Position numbers and translations under genes: made by a program
Part shown: positions 51,631 through 64,000 of the stretch, in pieces
Layout of the letters: each line of letters opens with the position of its first letter
How positions within the stretch are numbered: position 1 is the first letter of the stretch
NCBI RefSeq assembly: GCF_001194135.2
Contig: NC_068985.1
Location: forward strand, 26,966,552 to 27,030,551
Direction of reading: 5' to 3'
Origin: Octopus bimaculoides
Taxonomy: Eukaryota
DNA length: 64,000 nucleotides
The notes under the pieces: model-generated
The model's database searches: none
What the model was told of the DNA's origin: nothing
The model's input: the letters and a program-made list of their open reading frames with translations, nothing else

Positions 51631-52469
51631 CTATACAAGTATGTAAAAAAATTATGTTCGTATGCTGTTGACTGAAATTTCTGAAATTTCGGTCCAAACC
51701 TTCCGTCGGGAAGTGAAAAATATCTCTATAACTGTTAGCTACGGAAGTTTGGTAATAATCAGTGTGTGGGAGAAGAATATTTTGAGGTAAAAAAAACGAG
51801 GAGAATGACTTCGAGATGGGAAGATATGTTTGTTCTTTGTGATATTTTGTATTTCTTGAGAAATTTTCTACTTAAATAGTTGTCATTACTTAAGTAGTAA
51901 AAATTGCAAAAAATTTATTACGATTTACATACAGATGTAGATACATACACACACACAGACATACGTAAGCTGCAGCACAGTTTCCGTCAACTACTTTTTC
52001 ATTCAAAAAGTAATGAATCGACCTGAGGCTATGGTGTAGCACATTTGCTGGAAGTGCGGCAGATGGTTGAGTTTTCTAAGTCTAAACCATAGACTCATTC
52101 CTGAGCCGAGTCAAGATTGTGATGATATTTGGTCGAGAACTGACGAGGAATTGAGCTCGTCCGCTTTCGTTAGACGTGCGTTTTTCCTGTTTTCCTGTAA
52201 TTTCCATTGCCATCCACCACCCACATCCTTATCCTGTTCCACATTGAACGTCCACACACAAGTATACTGTACTAAGTTTCCGAACGGTTAAAAGGTCATG
52301 GAATTTTTATTCAGGCTGTTAATCCGATTATTTAAGGCAAATGACATATATTGAATGCTCTTTTCACTCGTTTCGTTTGCACACCACTTTCTCCCGCCCC
52401 CTCTCTCTGTCTCTCTCACTATCTCTCACTCTATCTTTTTGTGCATCCTCCCCCTCTTTCCTTTAAATA

Positions 52470-52645
52470 GGTGCAGGCATGGTTGTAAGTTTCAGAAGCT
52501 CGCTTTGCAGCCGCGTGGCTTCAGGTTCAGTCCTATTGCGCGATACCTTGGTCGGCCCGGAGTAGTAGTAGAAGTGTCTTCTGTAGTTCCGAGCCGGCCA
52601 ATACCTTTGGTAGACAGGGACTGTGTGGAAACCCGTCGTATATAT
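52470..52645 (+). mobile_element. Degenerate SINE family B 5' half with internal inverted duplication
   Basis: TTGGTCGGCCCGGA...GTAGAAG (reverse-orientation piece) directly precedes TGTCTTCTGTAGTTCCGAGCCGGCCAA. Confidence 0.65.
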
Positions 52646-53470
52646 ANNNNNNNNNNNNNNNNNNNNNNNNNNNNNNNNNNNNNNNNNNNNNNNNNNNNNN
52701 NNNNNNNNNNNNNNNNNNNNNNNNNNNNNNNNNNNNNNNNNNNNNNNNNNNNNNNNNNNNNNNNNNNNNNNNNNNNNNNNNNNNNNNNNNNNNNNNNNNN
52801 NNNNNNNNNNNNNNNNNNNNNNNNNNNNNNNNNNNNNNNNNNNNNNNNNNNNNNNNNNNNNNNNNNNNNNNNNNNNNNNNNNNNNNNNNNNNNNNNNNNN
52901 NNNNNNNNNNNNNNNNNNNNNNNNNNNNNNNNNNNNNNNNNNNNNNNNNNNNNNNNNNNNNNNNNNNNNNNNNNNNNNNNNNNNNNNNNNNNNNNNNNNN
53001 NNNNNNNNNNNNNNNNNNNNNNNNNNNNNNNNNNNNNNNNNNNNNNNNNNNNNNNNNNNNNNNNNNNNNNNNNNNNNNNNNNNNNNNNNNNNNNNNNNNN
53101 NNNNNNNNNNNNNNNNNNNNNNNNNNNNNNNNNNNNNNNNNNNNNNNNNNNNNNNNNNNNNNNNNNNNNNNNNNNNNNNNNNNNNNNNNNNNNNNNNNNN
53201 NNNNNNNNNNNNNNNNNNNNNNNNNNNNNNNNNNNNNNNNNNNNNNNNNNNNNNNNNNNNNNNNNNNNNNNNNNNNNNNNNNNNNNNNNNNNNNNNNNNN
53301 NNNNNNNNNNNNNNNNNNNNNNNNNNNNNNNNNNNNNNNNNNNNNNNNNNNNNNNNNNNNNNNNNNNNNNNNNNNNNNNNNNNNNNNNNNNNNNNNNNNN
53401 NNNNNNNNNNNNNNNNNNNNNNNNNNNNNNNNNNNNNNNNNNNNNNNNNNNNNNNNNNNNNNNNNNNNNN

Positions 53471-53539
<69 letters not shown>

Positions 53540-53589
53540 GTAGATATATATATGTAGATATATATATATATATAATATGTTTGTCTCAA

Positions 53590-53765
53590 CACCACTGTTT
53601 CAAGATGGTGTTGATTTCTTTACGTCCTTGTAACATAGCGGTTCAGCAAAAGGGGGCCGATGTAATAAGTACGAGACTTAAAAATTAGCACTGGGGTTGA
53701 CTTGTTCTATTAAACTTTTCAAGGCGGTGCCTCGGCATGGCTGCCGTCCAATGATTGAAACATGT
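53590..53765 (+). mobile_element. Degenerate SINE family B tail
   Basis: GATGGTGTTGA..TACGTCC..TAATAAGTAC..AAGGCGGTGCCTCGGCATGGC. Confidence 0.7.
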
Positions 53766-54059
53766 GAAAAGTTACATAAAAGATTTAATAAAAGAGATTA
53801 GGCAAAAATAAGTTTTTAGATAAGAAATAGAATAACGGATTGTATGTAAGTGAGAAAGAAGAATGATGGACTTTTGTAATATCTTCCATTGTGGGGTGGT
53901 AGTAAGTTTATAACGGTATATAACAAAAAGAAATCGAATGTTCATAGAGAAAAAAAAAACAGAAAAAATTGGAATGAAACAGTAGAAAAACACTGAATCA
54001 CTGTTGCAATGAGAAAAAGAAATCCAGCGCATTATTATTACAAAAAAAATTACGGTTCC

Positions 54060-54852
54060 TTATGTTCTGTGCTCAAGTCCCGTCCAGATCGACTCAGCCA
54101 TTCATCCTTTCGAGATCAATGGAATAAAGTACCAGTCTAGTTCTGGGGTCGCTGTTATCAACTGAACCCTTTCTATCACAATCTCTGGCCTCGTTCCTAT
54201 GTAGGAAACCATTATTGATATTACTTTCTACGATAAGGCAGTGAGCTGGCGGAATCGTTAGCGCACCGGGTAAAATGCTCAGTAGTATTTCGTCTGTCTT
54301 TATGTTCTGCGTTCAAACGCCACCGAGGTCGACTTTGCCTTTTACCCTTTGGGGGTCGATAAAATAAGTACCAGTTGAATACTGAGATTGATATAATGCC
54401 AAACTTTGAAACCGATATTACTTTCTACGAAGGCGGCGAGCTGGTAGAAACGTTAGCCCGCCGGGTGAAATGCTTAACGGTATTTCGTCTGTCTTTACGT
54501 TCAGGGTTCAAATTCCGCCGAGGTCGACTTTGCCTTTCATCCTTTCGGGATCGATTGAATAAGTACCAGTTACGCACTGGGGTCGATGCAATCGATTTAA
54601 TCTCTTCATCTGTCCTTGTTTGTTCCCTCTATGTTTAGCCCCCTACGATAAGCACAAGGCTTGATATTTTAGGGGAGGGGACTAGTCGATTATATCGACC
54701 CCAGTGTTCAGCTGGTACTCATTTTATCGACCATAAAAGCATGAAAGACAAAGTCGACTTCGGTGGAATTTGGACTCAGAACTTAAAGACGGACGAAACG
54801 CCACTATGCATTTTGCTCGGAATGCTAACGATTATACCAGCTCGCTGCCTTA
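54060..54852. mobile_element. Cluster of four SINE family A copies (+,+,+,-)
   Basis: Copies at about 54060-54210, 54234-54413, 54430-54640 and 54645-54852 (minus). The direct repeat GATATTACTTTCTACGA at 54217-33 and 54414-30 flanks the second copy. Confidence 0.88.
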
Positions 54853-55387
54853 GAAACCACTATCCAAGGTCGATAAAATAAAATATCCTTGATGTTTGAC
54901 AGATTTGATTAAAAAATGATTACCTGGCTTTGTGCTAGTACTAAAAACTATATATTATTCTTCTTGTTACGGAATGCGTTCGAGCATAACGCTTTTTACA
55001 ATTTTATAATTGTGGAACTAAATCGAAGACATAACCGAAAAATTTTAGCATAAATCAAACAACGTTATGAAGATTATAACTTTAGGCATCAAAATAGGAA
55101 TGAAAACGCTTATAAAACGTGGAATTTCTACAGTTCCTTTAAGTAATAAGAGAAGCATGTTTGTAAATAAAGGGTGGCTTCTTTATTCAAACTGTTTCTT
55201 TCTGAAAGCCACTACCATCGTCTTGTTTTCATTCTGTCCTTTACGCTTTCTGTCAATCGACATCTTTCGAATTCGTGGGACCCCTTCCATTTCATTTTTT
55301 TGTTGTTCCTTATTTATGCTGCAGTGAGTGGCATCAAGCCTTGTTAGGGACAGAATCGTCAAAAATAAAAGAGCCATGATTTATTTC

Positions 55388-55460
<73 letters not shown>

Positions 55461-56520
55461 ATACACACACACACACACACGTGTAACAGAAAATTGAGTC
55501 TCTTAGATTGACTTTTTTATTTATCTGGCAAACAAATTCTGTGAATTCCACTCCTCGAGGTCTTTCATAACAAGATGTAAATTATAACGTTTGTGTGTAT
55601 ATGTGTGCTTACGTGTATTCGCGCATGTGTGCGTTTGTGTATGTGTGCATCTGTAACTCTGTGTATGCGTGAGTTTGTGTGCATTTACGCATGTTTGCGT
55701 TTGCGTTTATCTGTGTGCGTATTTTTATGTCAAAAGATGAAGACATTGCTGAATAAAGATGTGAAGTGCCTGAACAATTAAATGAGTTACTGACCCAGAA
55801 AGTTACCCTCCAGCTGAAGAAATGCAATCCCAGGACTGCTATTTTCTTGATATTTATTTACTGAAACACATACTCGCTGGTTGTTGCTTAGCCCTAGGCC
55901 AGTTCAACCACGATCAAGCAGACATATGATCAAAGGCGTTCTAGCCGTGACCGTCTTGTATATTTTTGTTCCAAAGCACATAGTGCATACACAATATTAT
56001 CCCGTGTCCTTCCCTTCTAAGATCGTAGGTTGTAATCTGAGGAAGATTTGTTTGACATTTCTAGCAGCTCGACTAAACTGCTTATAGGCTTTCTCGTTTG
56101 CTCTTGGAGGATGTTGGGGTACGTAATGCTTTCCCTGCTATCTTTATAAAAATATAAAGAGCGATTTGAGAGAAATGAGGTTGATGATGATGCTTAGCAG
56201 TTGGTCAACCATGACTGAAGACTCATGATCAAAAGCCTTCCAGCTGTGACCACCCCGCTTTAAAATTATGTTGGTGTACGTTATTTAATCAGACGTTTTA
56301 CTTGAAATAGTAGGATTCGATTTGAGAGACATCTACTTGATATTTCTAGCTAGTCGAGCACCACCTCGTACAAGCACCTTCGTTGGATCTGAATTTGACT
56401 GCTATTTCTAGCCTGTCGGGCGACCTTGTCGAGCGACCATGTCAGAGGCCTCTCATTGACAAAGAGGAGTGTGCGGGAGGTTGAAATATTTTCCTCGAGG
56501 GATTCTGTTGACTTATCGTT

Positions 56521-56700
56521 TCATCTCGCTTCACTTGTCTTGGTGAGAAGAAATAGATTGAGATTGCCGTCTGAAGAGGGTGGCGAGTAAATGGGAATTA
56601 TGGTAACAGGCGGAATGATGGCAGGGATTTTAATGGCAGCAAGCAGTGAGAGTGTGGGTGGGAGGTTTTGAATGTTGGGGGTAAATAATATTTCGAATTG
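56521..56700 (-). mobile_element. Possible LINE apurinic-endonuclease fragment
   Basis: VTIIPIYSPPSSD resembles the APE 'IYxPP' motif. This single motif is the only support. Confidence 0.3.
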
Positions 56701-57649
56701 ATTAGAGAGAAAGAGAGAAACAGAGAGAGTGCGTGTGTGCAAGACTACTAAGAGGCGACGACGATGGCTTTGTGTGTGNNNNNNNNNNNNNNNNNNNNNN
56801 NNNNNNNNNNNNNNNNNNNNNNNNNNNNNNNNNNNNNNNNNNNNNNNNNNNNNNNNNNNNNNNNNNNNNNNNNNNNNNNNNNNNNNNNNNNNNNNNNNNN
56901 NNNNNNNNNNNNNNNNNNNNNNNNNNNNNNNNNNNNNNNNNNNNNNNNNNNNNNNNNNNNNNNNNNNNNNNNNNNNNNNNNNNNNNNNNNNNNNNNNNNN
57001 NNNNNNNNNNNNNNNNNNNNNNNNNNNNNNNNNNNNNNNNNNNNNNNNNNNNNNNNNNNNNNNNNNNNNNNNNNNNNNNNNNNNNNNNNNNNNNNNNNNN
57101 NNNNNNNNNNNNNNNNNNNNNNNNNNNNNNNNNNNNNNNNNNNNNNNNNNNNNNNNNNNNNNNNNNNNNNNNNNNNNNNNNNNNNNNNNNNNNNNNNNNN
57201 NNNNNNNNNNNNNNNNNNNNNNNNNNNNNNNNNNNNNNNNNNNNNNNNNNNNNNNNNNNNNNNNNNNNNNNNNNNNNNNNNNNNNNNNNNNNNNNNNNNN
57301 NNNNNNNNNNNNNNNNNNNNNNNNNNNNNNNNNNNNNNNNNNNNNNNNNNNNNNNNNNNNNNNNNNNNNNNNNNNNNNNNNNNNNNNNNNNNNNNNNNNN
57401 NNNNNNNNNNNNNNNNNNNNNNNNNNNNNNNNNNNNNNNNNNNNNNNNNNNNNNNNNNNNNNNNNNNNNNNNNNNNNNNNNNNNNNNNNNNNNNNNNNNN
57501 NNNNNNNNNNNNNNNNNNNNNNNNNNNNNNNNNNNNNNNNNNNNNNNNNNNNNNNNNNNNNNNNNNNNNNNNNNNNNNNNNNNNNNNNNNNNNNNNNNNN
57601 NNNNNNNNNNNNNNNNNNNNNNNNNNNNNNNNNNNNNNNNNNNNNNNNN

Positions 57650-57760
57650 TGGTCGGCCCGAGGCTATACTAGAAGACACTTGCCCAAGGTGCCACGTAGT
57701 GGGACTGAACCCAGAACTATGTGGCTGGTAAGCAAGCTACTTACCACACAGCCATTCCTG
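57650..57760 (-). mobile_element. SINE family B head
   Basis: GGTCGGCCCGAGGCTATACTAGAAGACACTTGCCCAAGGTGCCACG..CTTACCACACAGCC. Confidence 0.88.
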
Positions 57761-58187
57761 AAAAAATATATATGTAAAAGATAATTCTTCCTCAAAAGTA
57801 ATTTTGTACACCTATTCTTTGTTTAAAATACGAATATAAAAAACAGTGAATAGTAAAATTATTAGAACGTCGAATAAAATACATTGTATTTTTTGTTCGT
57901 TTTTTTTTTTAAACTTTTTGTTCGCGTTCTGAGTTCAAATGCTGTCCAGGCTCACTTTTACCTTCATCTTTACGAACTCCATTACTAGGCTGCAGTCAAA
58001 TACTAGAACTAGTATAATTGATTAAATTTCTGATGGTCGGATCCCAGCATGGCTACAGTCCAGCGATTGGAACCAGTAGTATAAAAGATATGTTTATCTT
58101 CTGCTAGATGGGCATTGAACAATGTTTGAAATATTGAAATACGAGTGGATTTGCTGATTAAAACAATGTTAATATTTTATTGGTACT

Positions 58188-58400
58188 AAGGTGGCGTGCT
58201 GGCAGAATCGTTTGCACGCCGGAGAAAAAAATGCATAGCGACATTTCATCTGTCCTTATGTTATGAGTTCAAATTCCATCGACGTCAACTTTGCTTTTCA
58301 TTTTTTCGGGGGTCGTTAAAATGGGTACCAGTGGAGTCGATGTAATCAATCTACCCGCTTTCCACGAAATTGTTGGCCTTGTGCCAAAATTTGAAACCAG
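58188..58400 (+). mobile_element. SINE family A copy
   Basis: Family A head, centre and tail, diverged. Confidence 0.82.
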
Positions 58401-60142
58401 TATTTTATTAGTAGCTATTGATTAAAATGTTTCAATTTCTCACTTTTGTTGCGGACCTTGGAAAGGCAGACGACAGAAAATGATTTGAAACTGAACGGAA
58501 AATTCAGAACATATCAGTACATTACAGCATTTGCTTAAAATTGATAAGAAATGGCTTCATTTGGCCTCTAAAATTAATACATAATAAGTTTATTATGGAA
58601 AACGGTAAAGCAAATTATTTTAGGCGGTAAGGAATCTGATGGAAACGAATTCAAGAAATCTAATATTTGGAACAATCTCCAGAGAAGAAAGTGATCTCAG
58701 CAAAATTTTAATTTTGCTGGTTGAAACTAATCGCCTCACCATTTTCAGTTAAGTCGCATTCCCTCGTCAACATTCAAATATTTTCGATTATACCAATCTG
58801 TACTCTCTTCGCCGACGCTTTTGAATCAGTAGGTTTTCTGGATTAGATTGTTTTACTTTATTCGTAAATGATAGCTTGTCATATTTATACTTTCTCTCTT
58901 CACCGTTGATTATACATTATATTCTCCCACACACATTCACGCACATATATGAGAGAGGAAGGTATCAGGAAACGACAATTAGCATTGAAATTCTTGTGTG
59001 TGTGTGTGTGTGCACATGCGCAAAGAGAATATCAACTCGCAAGTATCTACTTCAAAAATCAACTGTAGATCGGCCTTGAGTAATAGCCAATCAACCATGT
59101 TTAGCCGGCACATAAATCACAATACATAATAACCTCCGATTATTGCTAGGAACGCAATATGATTTTACAATTTATATATTCCATCCTCACTAAGAGAAAA
59201 GCAAAAGAAATATTCTCGGTAAATTATCAACAGATATCGAATACACACTCTGGAATCAGAATGAATTCTCGTAATTTTGCCGAGCTCTCGCAACGAATGC
59301 TGGTGGCGTGCTAATGACCTAATCTTTCCCTCGCTGAGCAGAAAGAGATAAAGTGGTTATCTGTGTAGATCAGGACAAGAAAAATCGATGAAATCTCTTC
59401 AGACCACCTCCCTATTGAATTTCGTTCCAAACTGAATGGCTCTTTTATCATTAATTTGACGGTTTTTCTCCCGTTTTAATGAATGGAATCGTGAAATTCA
59501 TGCTCAATCACTCTCCTTCTCTCTTCTTCTCTCTCTCTCTCTCTCTCTCGATATACATATAAAATGCCTATTATCTGTTATCCTATCTGTCCTATCTGCC
59601 TACTTCTTTGATTTCCTCGTTCTTTCTTCTCTCTCTCTTTCTCATCTCATTACATCAAATACGCCACCCCCACCTTATTTCTTCTGCCATATTACCTTCT
59701 GCCATCTTTCCTATCAATTACCACCTTTATTTCTATCTCGTTTTTTCACCCACATTTCCTCTAAGTCTTCTCGTTTTGATCTGGTTCCACTGAGGTTTTG
59801 AAGTGCTTTTTTTTAATGTTTCAGTGTATTATCAATATAATGGTTACGGGATCAGAGGAAAGTTGGGGAATTGTTTGCAAAGTAATTGAAGTAGCTAGAT
59901 GTGTGGATCAGATATCTTGGGAAAAATTGTAGTAGTTAACTTGGTAAGGTATTTATGCGTGGTGGTATGGGTTGCTTGAGAGACAAAGAAAATTCAACTG
60001 ATGTTGTGTTATCTGTATTATTTGAAAACCAGGATGTTTTGTGCATTGAATTGTTTCCCGATGGTGGTTCTTTGGAGTGTTAAGAGGCGTAGCTGGAGCA
60101 TATAACCTGCTTTATGAGTTTAATGAGTTCATATATACATAT

Positions 60143-61130
60143 ACATGGAGACATAAATGCATTAAATGATTATAAAGTCAGTGTTTATTAAATTACTTAA
60201 TTTTCAAAATTCCATAGAACCTACAGATACAATTTTATTTCAAACTGATGACCGTTCTGTTCTAGGCACTCCTGGTAGCGCGAAACAATGGAATCACAAA
60301 TATCAAGAAACATTTCATTGGATATTTCTTCACATTCTTGTTCAATGGCTGCTCTCAATTCGTCGACTGCTATCAGCAATGTACCGTAAACTTTATCTTT
60401 TAAGTATCTCTATAAAAGTTAAGTGATGTGAGGTCCGGTAAATGCGGAGGATATTCTACTGAACGTCTTCGTTTAAACTACCTATTTGGCTAAATCTCAT
60501 CAAGATAGGTCTTTACATTACTATTCCAGTGTGAGTGTGTCGTATCTTTCTGGAAATAAGCTCCACAGCTTCATAGTTTTCTTGAATATTTCACACGACA
60601 GAATGTCACACACAGCAAGTTCAAGTAAATGATGCCAGTCACAGTACTGTCAAACAAAAATGGTTCAATTAATCCATCTGACGATAAGCCAATTAATTCA
60701 TTTCACAATAAGCCTCACCATACTGTAACTCAGTAAATTAACATGATGTTCCTCAATAATACGCTGGTTCCTAGGTCACCAGTAGGTACAATTATGGCGG
60801 CTAATTGAACCATTTAATCTAAATGTGGCCTCATCACTACAAACAATCTTTGTTGCAAAGTGTACATCTTCTACACATCTTACCAAATACCATTTGCAAA
60901 ACCCCACTCTTCCGTCCGAACTATCTTCATTTAGAGCATGGACTATTCTTGGAATGTAACTTTTCCAATGACAGCGTTTCAACATGCGATGAATGCTTGA
61001 TTTTGAAATGCTTATCTCACAACTTGCTTACCTCACAGAATTTTTTCAACTCTGGTAATATGTTTCTAGTACCCTTTCTTGCTTTGTGAGGCTCGTCGAT
61101 AGTTATGGTCTTCTAGAACGTTTCTTGTGG
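60143..61130 (-). mobile_element. Decayed Tc1/mariner-superfamily transposase, DD41D (rosa-like)
   Basis: [46 protein letters not shown]. In YFQKD..YPPHLPDLTSLN there are 41 residues between the Asp and the mutated third Asp. C-terminal CLEQNGHQFE. Confidence 0.85.
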
Positions 61131-61409
61131 ACATTGTGAACTTATCCCTAATTCGAGTGATGGTAAATCGTGCCGTTCGTGGTGTCTATGCATTGAATGC
61201 GTTATTTTTGTTATGAAGCCTCTTTTGTAGTGATATGATCTGTTCAACTTTATCGGAGTGCAATTAGAAATTTATTGTGCCTGCTGTTATGATTGTAATA
61301 TGTTTCCTGAACAACTATGTTTGAAACTCCCTCCTAACCTACTTTTGCACTTCGACTGCATTTTCAAACTACCTGGGGCACTTTAGGGTATATTTCCTTT
61401 GTTCAAAGT

Positions 61410-63021
61410 TAAACCTTTTTTAATGGATCAAATTGTAAAAATAAACGAAAATTGAGTNNNNNNNNNNNNNNNNNNNNNNNNNNNNNNNNNNNNNNNNNNN
61501 NNNNNNNNNNNNNNNNNNNNNNNNNNNNNNNNNNNNNNNNNNNNNNNNNNNNNNNNNGGAGAGAAAATAGAAAAGGTTTAGTGGCTAGCGATCTATCATG
61601 GCGAATACCGGACAGAGGAGTCACACAAGAGAGCAAGGAAGAAGAGGAGATAATAAAGTAGTGTTGATTCCAAAACGAAGGTGCATGTGAGAGCGTGTAT
61701 GTGCGTGTGGAAGGGGGCTGGTCACCTTGTCGTGTGCATGTGTAGGTGTGTGTGCGCTGGTGTGGGTGCTGGGAAGTGGTCAGTACCAGTGTGTGCGGGG
61801 TGGTGTGATGTGGTGTGATATGATGGTGTGGTGGTGTGTGGTGTGAGGGTGTAGGGAAGGCGAGAGTGGGGGAAGTAAGGTGGAGTCTAAGGGATGGGAT
61901 GTATAGGGATGCTGGGGTTGGAATGTGTAGGGGTGGGGGTAACGAGGGAGGGGTGACGATAAAGGAAGAGGGTGGAAGGGAGAAGGTGGATAGGAGTGAA
62001 GAGAGGAAGTAGGTGCCAGAGCAAGAGAAGAGAGGTGGGGTGAGAGGAAGTAGGTTTGAGAGGAAGGGAGGAGAGAAGAGGAGGGTTAGATGAAGAGGGA
62101 AGGATAGTTGAGCCCATGTGACGCAGCGAAGAGAGAAGATTAATCCCTGCTCACAGCGAAGACGTGANNNNNNNNNNNNNNNNNNNNNNNNNNNNNNNNN
62201 NNNNNNNNNNNNNNNNNNNNNNNNNNNNNNNNNNNNNNNNNNNNNNNNNNNNNNNNNNNNNNNNNNNNNNNNNNNNNNNNNNNNNNNNNNNNNNNNNNNN
62301 NNNNNNNNNNNNNNNNNNNNNNNNNNNNNNNNNNNNNNNNNNNNNNNNNNNNNNNNNNNNNNNNNNNNNNNNNNNNNNNNNNNNNNNNNNNNNNNNNNNN
62401 NNNNNNNNNNNNNNNNNNNNNNNNNNNNNNNNNNNNNNNNNNNNNNNNNNNNNNNNNNNNNNNNNNNNNNNNNNNNNNNNNNNNNNNNNNNNNNNNNNNN
62501 NNNNNNNNNNNNNNNNNNNNNNNNNNNNNNNNNNNNNNNNNNNNNNNNNNNNNNNNNNNNNNNNNNNNNNNNNNNNNNNNNNNNNNNNNNNNNNNNNNNN
62601 NNNNNNNNNNNNNNNNNNNNNNNNNNNNNNNNNNNNNNNNNNNNNNNNNNNNNNNNNNNNNNNNNNNNNNNNNNNNNNNNNNNNNNNNNNNNNNNNNNNN
62701 NNNNNNNNNNNNNNNNNNNNNNNNNNNNNNNNNNNNNNNNNNNNNNNNNNNNNNNNNNNNNNNNNNNNNNNNNNNNNNNNNNNNNNNNGAGGGGAACGTG
62801 AGACGGATGACAGCGGGGCGGGTGCGGGGGGAGAGAGCAGCTGCACGGTCCACGGAACGTGCTCTGGCAAGGCGGTGTGGATAGTGGTGAGAGGATATCC
62901 ATGTAGGATGAAGTGGCGAGCCATGAGTTGAGACTGAGTCTCAAAGTCATGGTTGTCACTGCAGAGCCTGCGTAGATGGAGGAATTGGGAATAGGGGATG
63001 GAGAGCTTGACGTGTTTAGGT
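61410..63021 (-). mobile_element. 5'-truncated Penelope-like retroelement (RT thumb to GIY-YIG end and 3' region), gapped
   Basis: PKHVKLSIPYSQFLHLRRLCSDNHDFETQSQLMARHFILHGYPLTTIHTAL (63021-62870). After the gap come SRLRCEQGLIFSL and HGLN (EN C-terminus), then a pyrimidine-rich 3' region. Confidence 0.85.
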
Positions 63022-63024
63022 AAT

Positions 63025-63250
63025 TTTGGGGGAGGAGACTAGTCGATTACATCGACCCCATTTTTCAACTGGTACTTATTTTATCGACCCCGAAAGGATG
63101 GAAGGCAAAGTCGGTCTCGGCGGAATTTTGCCTTGTGACAAAATTTGGAACCATTATTATCATTGAAACCGGCGAGATGGCAGTTACGCACTGAGATCGA
63201 TGTAATCGACTCATCCCCCTCACCCAAATTTCAGGCTTTGTGCCTATATT
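63025..63250. mobile_element. Two partial SINE family A pieces in opposite orientation
   Basis: Minus piece at 63025-63130 and plus tail piece at 63170-63250. Confidence 0.75.
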
Positions 63251-63280
63251 AAAAATTACTACTATTATTATTATTATTAT

Positions 63281-63321
<41 letters not shown>

Positions 63322-63624
63322 AAGTCAATAGTGTTGAATGCATTGGTAGTTTTAATGGGTCATGCGGTGGTGATGATACTGTGGTGGGGATGATATATCT
63401 GACACTTACTCTGATGATATTTACATGATATACATAACAGCCTAAGATAATGATGAGGGGGAACCATTTTTCATTTAAAGGTCACACTTCAATTTGTCGA
63501 CGTGGTGCTCGGATGAATGTTGAAATTTTAACATATATATAAAATGTGTACTGTAAGAATTAGTAAATTAAATATGCAAATATGTTAAATTCAACTGCGT
63601 TGAATATATATCTTTTATCTTTCA

Positions 63625-63810
63625 TTTGCTTCTGTCGTTAGACTGCGGCCATGCTGGGGCACCACCTTGAAAAATTTTTAGTGGAATGAATCGACCTCAA
63701 TACTTATTTTTTTTTAAGTCTGGTACTATTTAATCGGTAACTTTTTGCTGAATCGATAAGTAACGGTGACATAAACATACCAACACCGGTTATCAAGCGG
63801 TAGTGGAGAA
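63625..63810 (-). mobile_element. SINE family B 3' half
   Basis: Canonical tail motifs. Confidence 0.82.
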
Positions 63811-63900
63811 CACGCACGCACGCACATACATACATACATACATACATACATACATACATACATACATACATACATACATACATACATACATACATACATA

Positions 63901-64000
63901 CAGGGTGGCCCAAAAGTAGGTTTACAGTTATTCAACTATCACTTTCGCATTCATATATCAACAGTTTAGATCTTAATTATAAAACTTTTTGAATTATTTT
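63901..64000. mobile_element. Second copy of the 28563 MITE (cut by window end)
   Basis: TA-CAGGGTGGCCCAAAAGTAGGTTTACAGTTATTCAACTATC..GCATTCATAT matches 28563 onward. Confidence 0.9.

Overview
Eukaryotic, AT-rich, microsatellite-dense DNA with many N gaps and no protein-coding gene I can confidently identify. The repeat complement suggests an octopod cephalopod draft genome (inference, probably Octopus). The window is intron-like or intergenic and dominated by transposable-element relics. These are: at least four tRNA-derived SINE families (labelled A-D here); RTE, CR1-like and L1/Tx1-like LINE fragments; Penelope-like element (PLE) pieces; a full-length decayed DD34D mariner, a second mariner fragment and a DD41D-type transposase; and several MITEs. 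The most notable signal is four minimal type I hammerhead ribozyme motifs (34472-34525, 7408-7449, 39237-39276, 13164-13199) in PLE-like terminal sequence. Two of them sit next to short inverted copies that cover the catalytic core. Several long near-perfect hairpins and inverted SINE pairs are also present. Almost all long ORFs in the supplied track are artefacts of N gaps or microsatellites. A few splice-site-bounded segments could be host exons, but none is recognisable. Repeat boundaries were set by eye and are approximate unless a TIR or TSD is quoted.
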